Made by a program: the position numbers and the translations under genes. 64,000 nt of DNA from Lama guanicoe (Eukaryota): NCBI GenBank assembly GCA_013239625.1, contig MU053881.1, positions 12,042,879 through 12,106,878 on the forward strand. The letters run 5' to 3'. Position 1 is the stretch's first letter, and each line of letters begins with the position of its first letter. Under the pieces are notes generated by a model. That model ran no database searches. It was not told the DNA's origin and saw only the letters and a list, made by a program, of their open reading frames with translations. Positions 39,441 to 51,625 of the stretch are shown in pieces.

Positions 39441-41901
39441 TTCCACCTCTTCAGCTGGCTATAAAGATTAAATGTGAAATAAATGTTAAGTCTCAGGCCA
39501 AGAGCTGGAACCCAGTAAGGGCCCAATAAATGCTGTCATTTATATCCAGAATCAGAAATAGATGGCATTTGTTTAAAGGGTCACAAAGAATAGTCAGAAG
39601 GATCAAATTCTCCATACCTGCTTCTGGCTCGTCTGTTATCTTCCAGCAACCCTCCCCTTGTGCCAGACTAAACTCAGGGACCACACTGGAAGGAGATCCA
39701 TAGAGAGGATGTAAAAAAAGTGACACTGAAACACTGTCTGCTGATGTGACGTGACAGAGCTTAGATGTCTGTTAGAAAAGATTAGATGGCACTTACGGCA
39801 TAAAGCCAGGGGACAGGACTGTCACTGTAAAATAAACAGAGAATATTACTGGGCAACAGCCAGAAATCAGAGTGGGAAGGGCTTTTTTCTACTTCTTCTT
39901 TCTTTTCTTTTTTTTTTACTGGGAGTTTTGTTTAAAAAAAAAAAAAGACTGTGTGTGGAAGTAAACTATCTTAGCCTTGAGGAAAGAGGGAAAAAAAACC
40001 AAGTGCCCATTTCCTTTAGCCCAATTACGTATCTTCCAATTTTAATGGAAAAGAAATGAAAGACAAGGGCAGAACGGAAGATGGGTTATAGGCAACGGAC
40101 AGAAAAGAAAAGCTTTTGTGAACAGTTTGATGGATATACACAAACTAAACAACCCCCTCAAAAGGTGATTATCATTTATTAACCAACTAGACGATTACCA
40201 AATAGTAACTATAGAATAAGTAAGCAATCATTAGACAAGCCCTACTCAAGAACACGTGTTCACCTGTATTTTGAAATCTGATGTTTTGATTTGTCCCCGA
40301 CTATCGGATGGCCTCATACTTGGTAAACAGTTATTACCATTGAAATCTGTGTGAATTATATCTCTCTGCTTCCAGAGTTGCTGCCAGTTCAGAATTTGCT
40401 AGTACCAGTCAAATCCTGAAACAAGCTGAAAAAGTATAACTGAGGGACCCTGGAAAGAAGGAAGATTAAATAATAAGTAAAGAGACACATGCACAAAAGA
40501 ACGAGACAGCAGTGAGATTCAGGGCAGGTGAGGGCTGTCTTGTGAGTGGCAGTATTTACAGTGTATGTCCAACTGAAACACAAGGAAGGGCTCAAGGTCA
40601 AAAACAACTACAAAAACAGAAAGCCGTAAGAGAGAAGGCTTTGTCAGGGGCCATAGCGGGATGAAGCTTAAAAGCTGAGAGTGGTGTCCTCAAAGGTGAC
40701 CCAGAGAACAGGAGGGACATTCCAAAGGAGAGACACTTCAGAAACGGGAGAAGGATCGTAGACCAAGGTAATGACACAGAGGAGAAAAGGAAGACGGACA
40801 GCTACAGAGAAGCATCTCTAGAAATACTTGTTTTTATTCAAAGTGATTACGAAGCAAACACCCATGTCACCTACAGTAGTTGACATTTTAAAATAAGAGA
40901 AAAATGTCAGGATAATCCTATCAAAGGATCAGAAAACTGTACTATAGAGCATGGGAGGAATCCAATCAAAGACTGAAGTGTGATGCCCAAGAGTTTTAAG
41001 TCAGCATTTCCAGAGGGTATTCGAAGGAATACTAGCCTCTCCTAAGGGTAATAGGTACTACATAAAAACAATAAACATAAAAAATGGCCAGGTTACATGT
41101 GGTTATATAGGTTTCTTTCCTGCAGAGAATGTTCAGAGTTAATTGATAACACGATTAAAGCCAAAAAGGAAATGAATGGTAAATATCTGTTCCTTGTTCC
41201 CTCATCACCATTCACCACTTACCCTTTGGGGAGTAAAATGGTCGTTGGCATTGGGATTTTCCATCAGAGCATCCAGGTTACAGGTTCTTCTCAAAGTAGT
41301 AGAGACATGACCAAGTCCAGGAGTCCAGGCCAATCACGTTTTCCCTCCTTCCTAAGGCTGCGTGTTTTAGCAGATGGACACAAGAAAAAAAAACAATGTC
41401 ATGACATATCACTGCTTTCTTCCTGCTAATGGGCTTCCCCTCTCACCCAAGGTCCAGCAGTTCAGGTTTCCTCCAGTGTTCTGAGCAACTCCGTATCCTT
41501 CGAATGAATTCCACTCAGGCTTGGTAGCCAGAGTTCCTTTGTTTGTAACTAAATTGCTCTGAGAGAAGCAGTTTGCAACCCATCATAAATACATTTGACT
41601 ATGGATTTGTTTTTCTTCCTTTTTTTGGCAAAATAACACACTGCACAGGTTATCTTCAGAACACACACAGATTAGATAATAATGGAGGGTTTTTGGAACC
41701 TATTAAGGGAACATCAACTGTGTTCGATGCTTGTATTTACTTATGAGAAATCACCAAGCAAGGAACAAGAACACCTCCCCTCCCTGCGTGTTCTAGCTAG
41801 AGAGAGCATTAAAGTGGCCTTGCCAATGATGGTGAAATCATCACACAAAGATACTGTACTGGCACTAAGACCATTAAGGGTCAGATGACTGTTAGTCTGA
41901 G

Positions 41902-42367
41902 TGTAACTGTGTAGGACACTATACGGTCTTTCTGGGACAGACCCCTCCCCCATATCCTCTGTTGTAGCTCCTCTCTGAAATACCCAGATAGTATCTCATG
42001 CACCTTTCTTGAGTTTTTCAGATGCTAAAAAACCACCATCAAAAGGAAGAAATTAACTACCTGATGATCATAAGCACGTAGCCCCCAGACCTACTGGCAC
42101 CTGAGGGTTGACTGTGTTAACTGCTGTGTTACCTCAAAGCAACCAGTCAGAATTGTACTGATCACATGCCCTGGGATGCTCCTCCCTCACCTTGCCTTTA
42201 AAAACGCTTTGCTAAAACCCGTCCATGGGGTTCAAGTTCTTTTGGGCAATGAGCCACCCATTTTCCTTGCTCCTTGCTGCAGTAAACCTTCCTCTGCTTC
42301 AGACTCTGATGTTTCGGTTTCTTTGGCTTCACTGTGCGTCAGGGACACAAATTTGTGTTGGGTAACA
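41902..42367 (+). mobile_element. ERV1-type solo LTR
   Basis: TGTAAC...GTAACA ends; TATA-like 'cctttaaaaac' followed by AGTAAA polyA variant (42281-42286); 4-bp flanks tgag/ggag. Confidence 0.85.
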
Positions 42368-42839
42368 GGAGGAGAAATGTAACATCCATAGCAAAGTATA
42401 GGATTTACTAGGGCATCATATTTGTAAATGACTATAAAAGGGAACCCTGCGCTAACCACAGGGCTGGACCTGCCTGAAAAATAATAAACTCTCATTAATG
42501 GAACAATCTCCTTCACTCTGGAAGGGTGTGGAGGGGTGGAGGAAATAGACCTTGCAAGCCTCCACCCAAAGCCCAGAAATAATATGGTGTTGTGTATACA
42601 TCTTTTAAAAATATCTCTTTAAGTGTTTTTATTTAAGAAAAGCAAAATGTCCCTAACATGGAGCACAACACAGGAACATGCCTTAATAGGAAAACAGAGG
42701 GAAGAGGAGGTTCCAAGTGGAAAGAATGAATAAAAAGGCACTAAAAGCACACACCCAAGTCATGTTAACACAACCTTTGTGTTTCTTCACAATTTCTTCA
42801 ATGACAAGTCCATAAACAGGAGTAAGTATTCATAATAGT

Positions 42840-42945
42840 AATAGTCAACACTAATAATATGATTTGGGTTCTATTCTGTTCACATTATTAACTATTATCC
42901 CCAATATACAGATGAGAAAACTGAGGCAGGAAGGTAGGTTAACTG
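42840..42945 (-). mobile_element. MIR fragment
   Basis: 'tattatccccaatatacagatgagaaaactgaggc'. Confidence 0.75.
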
Positions 42946-43999
42946 TCCAAAATCCTGCCCCTTTGGCAAATTTTACTTCTCCTCAGCTAACTCTCTTGCC
43001 CAGTCTGTCTATCCCACAAAATATGCAAAAATGGTACAATCTGTAGTGATAATGATGATGCAAGAAAACTGTATCTAGGTTTGTAGGCATATATGTATCC
43101 AGCACACATATACACACTCATACGTATTCAAAAGCTGCCTGAGACGGATGCATAACAGAAGAAATATTTAATAAATGGAGTGAGCCCTGAAGGAGACAGA
43201 AAGGAGAGACAAATAACAGTCTTGAATAGCAGTTGGGAATACATTTTTCTCTAAGCCTGGATAACAGTAAAAATATAACTGTTTTGTAGTAGGTCTCAGG
43301 AATGTTGAGGAAATGCATGCCTGAAAACAGTTCTTTGGTAAGTATCATGCAGAGTGATCTGAGGAAGAAAATGTTTTCTACCTGTTTCTTGAGTCTATGG
43401 GTCTGGACTGGCTTCCCCTTTGCTAATAACCTGTCCCCTCTCCACATGAGACATAGATATTTGTCTATGATGGAGGTCGGATGAGGGTACATGGAGTAAA
43501 TCAATTATGTGGTTGCACTGTTTACATAATAAATTCTAAGAGCTCTCTCTAGCTCTCACCAGAGTACCTTTAGAAATGTTACAACTTTATCATGAACTTT
43601 CAGTTTGGTCAGGCTTTGTCAAGAGTTCTAATGTCTTTGTTTCACCTTAAAGTCAAGAAGAATGTTTCACAATTAGAAGTCATCCGGTTCAGATGCCCTA
43701 AACTCAGACCCAGAATCTAGAAAAACAGTCTAAGTGAATGAAGCAATTGATGTGTGAAAAAAATAAATTATATGCCTGTCTTGGTCTGCCTCTCATTTGC
43801 CTCTTCCTACTGGCCTAGAAGCAGAAAAGAATCTACCTTAAGAAAAGTTACCCAGAAGTGCATAATAATGACAACCCAACATTGGTTTTAGTCTCAGAGA
43901 GATAATGAGTGGGTAGGCACTGCCACGAACTGGCAAATGCATGATCATCTCAAGCTGGCAGCTGCGACCCAGACTTACCTATTAGTGCTGTGCCTGCAG

Positions 44000-44441
44000 T
44001 GTGGCTGTAACACTGTCAGGTGAATGTTAAAGCAAAATGTGTCTATGCCCTTTGCCATGAAACTGTATAATGCCTTCATACTCTGACTACAGGATCATCT
44101 CCATGATTTATTTTGACCAAGAGAATAATGCACAAATTGACAGTAATGCCAGAGCTTCTAAGCCTAGAGCTTAGGAGGTCTTGCATGTTTCTGCATGCTT
44201 TTACTATCAGCATGAGAACATACCACAGCTAGCCTGATGTGTATGAGAGACAAGGATTTGGAGAAAAAACAAACTGCCCCAGCTGACAGCCAGATGAATG
44301 AGCTTACCAAGATGAGCAAAGCCACACACCTAACCACCAACTCACCCCAGATACATGAGCAATAAACTTACTTCCGCATACAACTAAAGCTTTGTGGTTG
44401 TTTGTTATGCAGCATTATCATGGTCGTAGATAACTGATACA
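44000..44441 (+). mobile_element. MLT1H-like solo LTR
   Basis: 'ttctaagcctagagcttaggaggtcttgcatgtttctgc', 3' end 'tttgtggttgtttgttatgcagcatta...tagataactgataca'. Confidence 0.8.
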
Positions 44442-47400
44442 CAAAACCAGATTCTTGGGTAAAACCTTTTGATTTTTAAAATGCATGCCTGAAAGAGGTT
44501 CCTGGAGCAGTATCAAGAGAGTGATCTGGGGAAAAATTTTTTTCCATTTGTTTATCGAGCCTACTGGTCTGGATTAGCTTCTCCATTACTAAAAACCCAT
44601 TCTTTATCTGTGTACGATATAGATATTTGTCCATGATGCAAGTTTGTCTTTTATTATTAGCAACCAATTCATGTTTTTCTTTAAAAAAAAAAATTAGAGT
44701 TCAAACACAATACTTCTGTGGATCTAATCCAGACCAAAAGCTACTATTCTCTGTTACAGTCTAATTATAATTAAGGAAAGATATTCAAATAAATAAGTTA
44801 TCCTTTCCAACACTAAGTAAATGAATCTCAGATGTGTTACTTCACCTTATTTGGTCAGTTTTTTAAAAGCATCTTAGTATCCTCCTTTGAGCACATGGGT
44901 ATTACCAGAATCATTCAGTTCTTCTATCCCCATCCTTCCTGCCACTTGCTTCTGTCCAAAGGCTAGAGCCACATGAAGGATCCACACTGTATTCATCTCT
45001 ACAAGCCTCTTCTGACCCCTGTCAGCTACCATCTTTTGAGAAGGGGATTTGAATTCTCTTCTTGTCAGGAAAAGTAATACTTCTAAAAATGTGCTTGAGG
45101 ACACAAACGTAGTATATTCTTTCAGCATTAAACTCATACCACCTCTCTCCACAAAACAAATGAATAAATGATGCTTCTACTTTAAAATGGAATAATTTTT
45201 ACACAGTGCTGACTAAAGCAAAATTCCCATGAAATCTGAATAACATCAGTCTTGGCCAAGCAACAATCTGGGATAAGAGCAGACGTGCAAATTCTAATAG
45301 GGTGTGTGTCCATTCGTTTAGAAAAAACATAGTTCCTCTTTCACAGAACTACTGAAGGAGAACGCATATTGAAAGTTGTGATTATTGTTTGAGCTGGAAT
45401 TTACAAAGAGACTGAACAGCTGCACACTTTATTAGATCTAATCTAAATACCTGCTCCTTGTATTTTGTGCTGGGAGATATTTATGTTATCAATTCAGCTT
45501 TATACTAACCATCAGGAAGAATACTCCCTGTAGCTCTGCCGACTCAAAATAATGACTTGTAAGGGAGCCCTAATGACAGAACAAGGGGCAATTATAGACA
45601 CAGCATGAGACTTGGAATAACTGTGTGATGTATTTTGTGCACTTGATTGACCTCATGTTCAAGTTCGTTTGTGTCTCATTGCTGTAGATACGGCCTATGC
45701 CTCAGGGTATACGCCTTGTTAATTTCAATGTAAGAAGACAGAACGGATTAGATCAGATGGCTCACACCAAACACACAAAGCTACTCCAGTGCTTGGCAGA
45801 AAAGTGATGGCACTTTGGGGTCTACCAGAAGGAACCATCAAATATCTTCCAGGGAAGACGGAGAAGTTAGGATAATCAATACGGAGCGTTAATTCATGGC
45901 TACTCTTAGGATAACTAAAACAATGCACATCTTCTTGTGTCTTTACCTAATTAGAGTGCCTGCTGGGAGGACTCAGAATTTATAGTTAAATGAGAGGATA
46001 GGAAAACAAAGAGCGCCCAGGAACTCAATATAAAATAAGGTTATCGTGAGCTGTCCATGGATTGTATTGCTTTAGAGCAAAACTATTCAGCAGTCTCTTC
46101 TGTACCTGTCACTTTGAAATACATTCCTGCTGTGCCGTAAATTCACCAAATGAGAAGGGGGGTAGTGACTCTTTTCTGATGGGTTGTTTATAATCCCAAT
46201 TCCAAATATGCTTACTTAAATGCAGGAGGAAGGGAAAGTAAAAGAAAGGGAGTATAGGAGAGGAATTGGTTGGTTTTTTTTTAACCAATGCTAATGTAAC
46301 CACCCTACCCCTCAAAAAAAAAATGAACAACAACAAATCCTCTCGTTTCTTTGTGTTCAAAATTATAGAGGGAGTTCAGGCATACAATGATATTGCAGAC
46401 TGACTGCAAAACAACATGGAATAACTGGCACTTACGCAATTTCTCAGAAATATAGCTTTGACTCTACACTGGCTGAAAAGAGGTGTTCTGAAACAGTTGT
46501 TTTATCTGGCTTTGTCATTTGCTAATAATACCATCGAGTCAACCCCACCTACACTTCCAAAGTCGCTGTTAGAAAAACCTACAAAAGTATCGGTAAAAAC
46601 TTGAAATCAAGGTTTTCTAAATGATTCCTAGGACCAACATCTTTGCTCTTCTATTGTTAGCCATGTCATCTTCGAAAAAGTGCATGACTAATATCCAATA
46701 CTGAATGAGGAAGCTCCCAACTCAGAATGTACAAATAAAGTGCCAACCTAGAAAGGAACACAGGCAAACACTGCCAAGCAACTACACACTGGAATATGGG
46801 AATCTACTCCATATCAACCTGGCCTGAAAAGTTTAAGCTGAAAATGGGTCATAACTTAAACCATAAGAAGGTAAGAGCAGTTATAGGAAGGGACAGGATG
46901 CTGACGTCTTCCACACCAATTTTTGCCTCAAATGTCAGGCAAAGAGCAGGAAGCATATGCCCAAACATGCAGTGCTTTTCTGAAAACTGATTTTCCATAG
47001 GCCAAATTTTAAAAACAAGTGTTAGTAAGTTCTCGTCAAGACACTAAGTAGATAAAACATACTGGTTTTAAACAGTATGTAGAAGAATGGATTTTCTCTG
47101 AGTAAACAGATTTGTGGCTGAAAACTCTTACTGTAGAGAAGACATTTCTTCTCCACTGAGGCAATATCCTTGACTAACTTAGAGAAACTAGTAAGATGCA
47201 GGCAATCCAAATAAGCACGTATAGCACACAGGACTGCCTCACTGATTTTAAGTCACTGCCTTCCGATTTTATTTTAACAGCACTGCCATCACTTTTGCCC
47301 CAAGTTAAACCAACATGAGAACTCTCAGAAATAAGACAGATAATAGTAGTATAGACAGTAGGTACAGACTCACTAATTTAAAGTCAGTAAGTTAGAACAA

Positions 47401-47924
47401 TAAAGCACGACATCAACAGTTAGACATTAGGGATGCAGATAAAAGTTTAGACATGTAACAGCTTTTGATTTGATCTATTTCAACATTTTATTCCACTGAA
47501 GTTGAAAATGGTCAGATTTTTAAAAATGTATGATTTGGACATACTTTGGAAACCATCTATTCATCATTCATCTCGTAAGGCAATTTTCCTCTGGGAAACA
47601 GCTACCCAAATTTCCGTTCATGCATTTGGGGATATTCACGATACCACACCCTGTCCAGTGACTCAGTTCTGGCTAAATCAGACCTCCTTCTTATTTTTCT
47701 AGGTCATGGTAATTGCTTCAAAACAGAGTATCTGATACAGTTAAAAGCCATGAAAGAGCCAAACCCTGAAAATTCTCTGCAATGATTGAAAGAGTCAGTG
47801 GATTTGAACCTGGAAACATTTAGCCTGGAGTTATTTGCAGCCATCCTGACATTAAAGAGAGCCTGAGAAGGTCTCCATCAAAATAGAATACAGCCAGACA
47901 AGGTAAAGGGAGAGTAAAATCTGA

Positions 47925-48069
47925 TGCATTCATTTATTTACTAACTTATTTATTCACCAAATATTTATTGAACACTTACTCTGGCCCTGGACAGTTCCAG
48001 ATAACGTCAGCAAGTAAAATAACAAACGCACCTGTCCTCGTGATGCTTACTCTGTAGTGGGATTAAGAG
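47925..48069 (-). mobile_element. L2 3' end
   Basis: 'ttattcaccaaatatttattgaacacttact', 'cctgtcctcgtgatgcttac'. Confidence 0.75.
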
Positions 48070-48071
48070 TA

Positions 48072-48295
48072 CAGTTGACCCTTGAACAACATGGGGCTTA
48101 GGAGTGCACAAACCCTCCACATGGGCAAAAATGTGCAAATAACTTTACATTTGGCCGTCCATCCCTATCCATAGTACCACATCCATGGATTCAACCAACC
48201 CTGCATCATATAGTACTGTAGTATGCATTTAGTGAAAAAAAATTCACGTGTAAGTGCACCTGCACAGTTCAAACCCATTGTTAAAACATCAACTG
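48072..48295. mobile_element. MER8-like TcMar-Tigger MITE
   Basis: cagttgacccttgaacaa...tcaactg termini with TA on both sides. Confidence 0.9.
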
Positions 48296-48399
48296 TAATT
48301 TTTAAAAATAATTTAAAATAATTTCAGAGTGATATGGGACCTTTTATGAAGAAATATACTAAGAATGAATGATAAAGTGGGTGTCCTATCTGTCTAAGT

Positions 48400-48560
48400 G
48401 TGGGTGGGCAAACTACATGTCATAGATCAAACCTCGTTTCCACGTTTTGAAAAGATTGTGAAAGAGAAAGAGAATATGCAACAGAAACGAAACTGTATGC
48501 AGCTATTTCAAGCCTAAAATATTTACTCTCTGGCCCTTTATAGAAAAACCTGCCAGTCTA
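48400..48560. mobile_element. MER58A-like MITE
   Basis: 'ggcaaactac' ... 'aagcctaaaatatttactctctggccctttatagaaaaa'. Confidence 0.75.
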
Positions 48561-48564
48561 CCAA

Positions 48565-49930
48565 GGTGGTTGCCAGGAATGCCTCCTGTCCATCCAAAAG
48601 CATCCCAATGATTCTGTCAAAAAACAGAGTCTACTTCCCCACCCTCTGCATCTTGGCTGTGCTTGTACATATTGTTGGTGAACAGAATGATGTAGAAGCA
48701 GTATTATGAGACTTCCAAGCCTAAATCTTAAGGGACTCTGTAGCTTTTGCTTTCACTTTTCATAGATCCCACGTGAAGAAGTCTAGGCTATCCGACAGGA
48801 GGGAGAGATCACAGAAAGACAGAGGCTCTAAAGGATGAGAAACCTCATGGGGAGAAAAGCCACATGGAGGAGAACTGAAGCATCTGAGGTGACACAAAGG
48901 CTCTCTTCACATTTAGTGAAGCCGTATGTGGTCCTCCAGCCCCAGCCAAGGCACTCCAGCCAACAGCAACCATGAAGAACAGAGGTAAATCATTTCTGTT
49001 AAACGCTACTGGAATTCCTGCCTCAGAACTGTGGACAATAAAATGACCGTTGTTTTAAGCTATTAAGTTTGGTGGTGCTTTGTCGTACAGTAACAGATAA
49101 GTGAAACAGAAATTGGTACCAGAATTAGGGTGCTGCTTTGACAAAAACCTTAAACATATCGCATTGCCTTTGGAACTGGGTGACAGGCAGAAGTTTGGAG
49201 AGAAGTGAGGAACCCTTAATGGACGTTTGAAGAGCATTAAAAAATCAGGTTACTAAAGACCAGAGAAAAATGCCCTGTATTTCATAGAGGTGGGACATTT
49301 GGAAGCATCTGTGAATCTAGCTAAGATTTTTAGACACAAGTTTGAAAGTGCCAATTATTTTCTTGCAATTGTACATGATAAAGCAGAGGAGAGTAAGAAA
49401 CTAAAGAAGAAATATGCCATTTACAAGCAGAATTTAGAGGAAACAGAGAGAACCCAGGACAATGTTTCCAGTCAGAAAAATGTTCTCAAAGTGAGAAAAC
49501 GGCCCCCCACGCAAAACTAAATCAAGAGTCTGGCCATAAAATCCTTTGTTAAGAACGTAGAAGAATTAAAGTGATGTTTACTACACTCTCTGTCTAAATT
49601 AAGACAGAGATCTTAAGACATTGTCCCAAATCAGCCTGATAGGCCCAAAGCAGAACAACAACGATAAAGTGATCCATGTGACTTTGGAACATGGAGTGAA
49701 CCCTGAGAAGATACGTAAAAACTCCAAAAATTACTTTAAAAGCACTACATAGGTAGAAGCACATTGGATTAAAATTGAGAGAAAAATGGAGAGAGGCCTC
49801 AGGGCCCCTCACTTTGTGTAGGTAGAAAGCAGAGGGAGGCAGGCACTGAACTGCACACACAGGGGTTCTCAGTACATGCAGCCCCACGTCGAGGGAGACA
49901 AAGCACTGGAGGACCACTGTCAGGGGATAC
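48565..49930 (+). mobile_element. MLT1 (E/F-like) 5' LTR (48565-49108) plus MaLR internal sequence
   Basis: LTR end 'aataaaatgaccgttgttttaagctattaagtttgg...agataagtgaaaca' followed directly by 'gaaattggtaccaga...ctttggaactgggt', the typical MLT1-int start. Confidence 0.85.
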
Positions 49931-50043
49931 ATACTAGATATATATACTAGGACATATGCTAGTGACGCCCAGCGTGTTCAAATTTGGCAGATTACCTATG
50001 GAGGTAGTTTCTGAGTTTATCTTCATTAGTTTTAAAACACACC

Positions 50044-50480
50044 TGTATTAGTTTCCTGTGGCTACCGTAACAAATGAGCACAAATGCTATGGCTTTCAAC
50101 AACAGAAACATATTCTCTCACAGTTCTGGGGGCCACAAGTCCAAAATCAAAGCAGAGTAGGGCAATGCTCTCGCTAAGATTTCTAGGCAAGAATCCTTCC
50201 TTGCCTCACCCATCTTCTGGTAGCTCGAGGTGTTCCCTAGGGTGGCATTACTCCAATCTTCGCTTCATTGTCAAATGGCCTTCCACCCTTCTCTGTCCCA
50301 TATGAAGATACTTGTCATTGGATTTAGGATTCAATCAGTTAATCGAGGATGATCTCATCTCGAAATCCTTAAGTTAATTACATTTACAAAGACTTTTTCT
50401 CCAAAGAAGATCACAATTATCCGGTATCAGGGGTTGAAACTTGAACATATTTTGGGGGGGACACCATTCAATCCACTAAA
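50044..50480 (-). mobile_element. MLT1C-like solo LTR
   Basis: 'tgtattagtttcctgtggctaccgtaacaaat', 'attctctcacagttctgg', 'gatgatctcatctcgaaatccttaa', 'ggggacaccattcaatccacta'. Confidence 0.9.
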
Positions 50481-51204
50481 ATACATTTTTTTTAAGTCAA
50501 GGGGAAAAATAAAACATTGTGGAATGCCTGAAGCACCATTATAAGGAACCAATTTTGAAAATCATGGCTTTAACTTCAAAGTCATATGTTACTTCATTTT
50601 ATTTTTAAATTAACAATTTCATAGGATGATGAAGAATTGAGTTTAAGAGGGATCAATAAACAGAAGAAACCACGTTAGATTTTATGTACTGCATCCACCC
50701 CACTTAAAACATTTGAAGCTGTTGGAAAAAATCATTTTGAAAAACCCAATTCTTCAGATGCCAACCTCCATCTCCACACATAAGAAATTTTTATTTTCAT
50801 CTTGCTTTCACTGGAACCATCCTTACTCCATTTAGAATGTGAATTACTATTTATATTGCTGCCCTACAATGCCTGAAGGTGACTGAGTAGAGAACAGAAA
50901 AGGGAATCACTGTAATACAGACAAGCCTGGTGCTATCTGTCAAACAAAAAGAGCATCCAGTGAATATTTACTGACTCCTTTTTTATGATGCATTCACTTG
51001 AACAGCTGAATCAAAACTGGTAGAGAAACAGAGATTAAAAATAACACTAAAAAGCAGGATGATACAATTATGCCACTTTAAAACTATAACAGTTAATTTT
51101 CATTTCTGACTACAAATGCAGTGATGGGTCCATACTCTTAACATAAGAAATGTTTACATATCCTTTATGTTTGCACCTTTCTAATTCTCATGTCTAAAAC
51201 TACT

Positions 51205-51625
51205 GTTGGTTAGAATGATTTCTCTCCCAAGTGACAGAAAATGCGACTCAAACTGAATTTAGGAAAAAAAAAAGTGGAAACAAAAACAAACAAAAAACTT
51301 GTTAACTGACTTAATGAAAGAATTCAGAATTTCAGTTATCAGTGGAGTCAGGTCCCTAAATGAGTCTGTTCATATTTTAAATCTACTTTCCTATGTACTG
51401 CCTTCATTATGAAAAAGGCTCTCTCCATGTATTCCTGAAAGTCTTGGGTCACATTCTTTCAGATTCAAATCCAGCAGAAGAGGAAATATTTTTCTCTCAA
51501 CACTCCAGCAAAAGTCTCACGTTTATTTCAGTAGGGTCATGTGCCCAATCCTGAACCAGTCACCGCAAGTGGAAAGATACAGTGCAGTGACTGGCCAGAA
51601 CCAAAACACATGCCCAGCCCTTCAT
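51205..51625 (-). mobile_element. Old MaLR/ERVL-type LTR (MLT1K/L-like)
   Basis: 'caagtgacagaaaa...actcaaactg', 'ggtcatgtgcccaatcctgaaccagtcac...gactggccag'. Confidence 0.6.
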
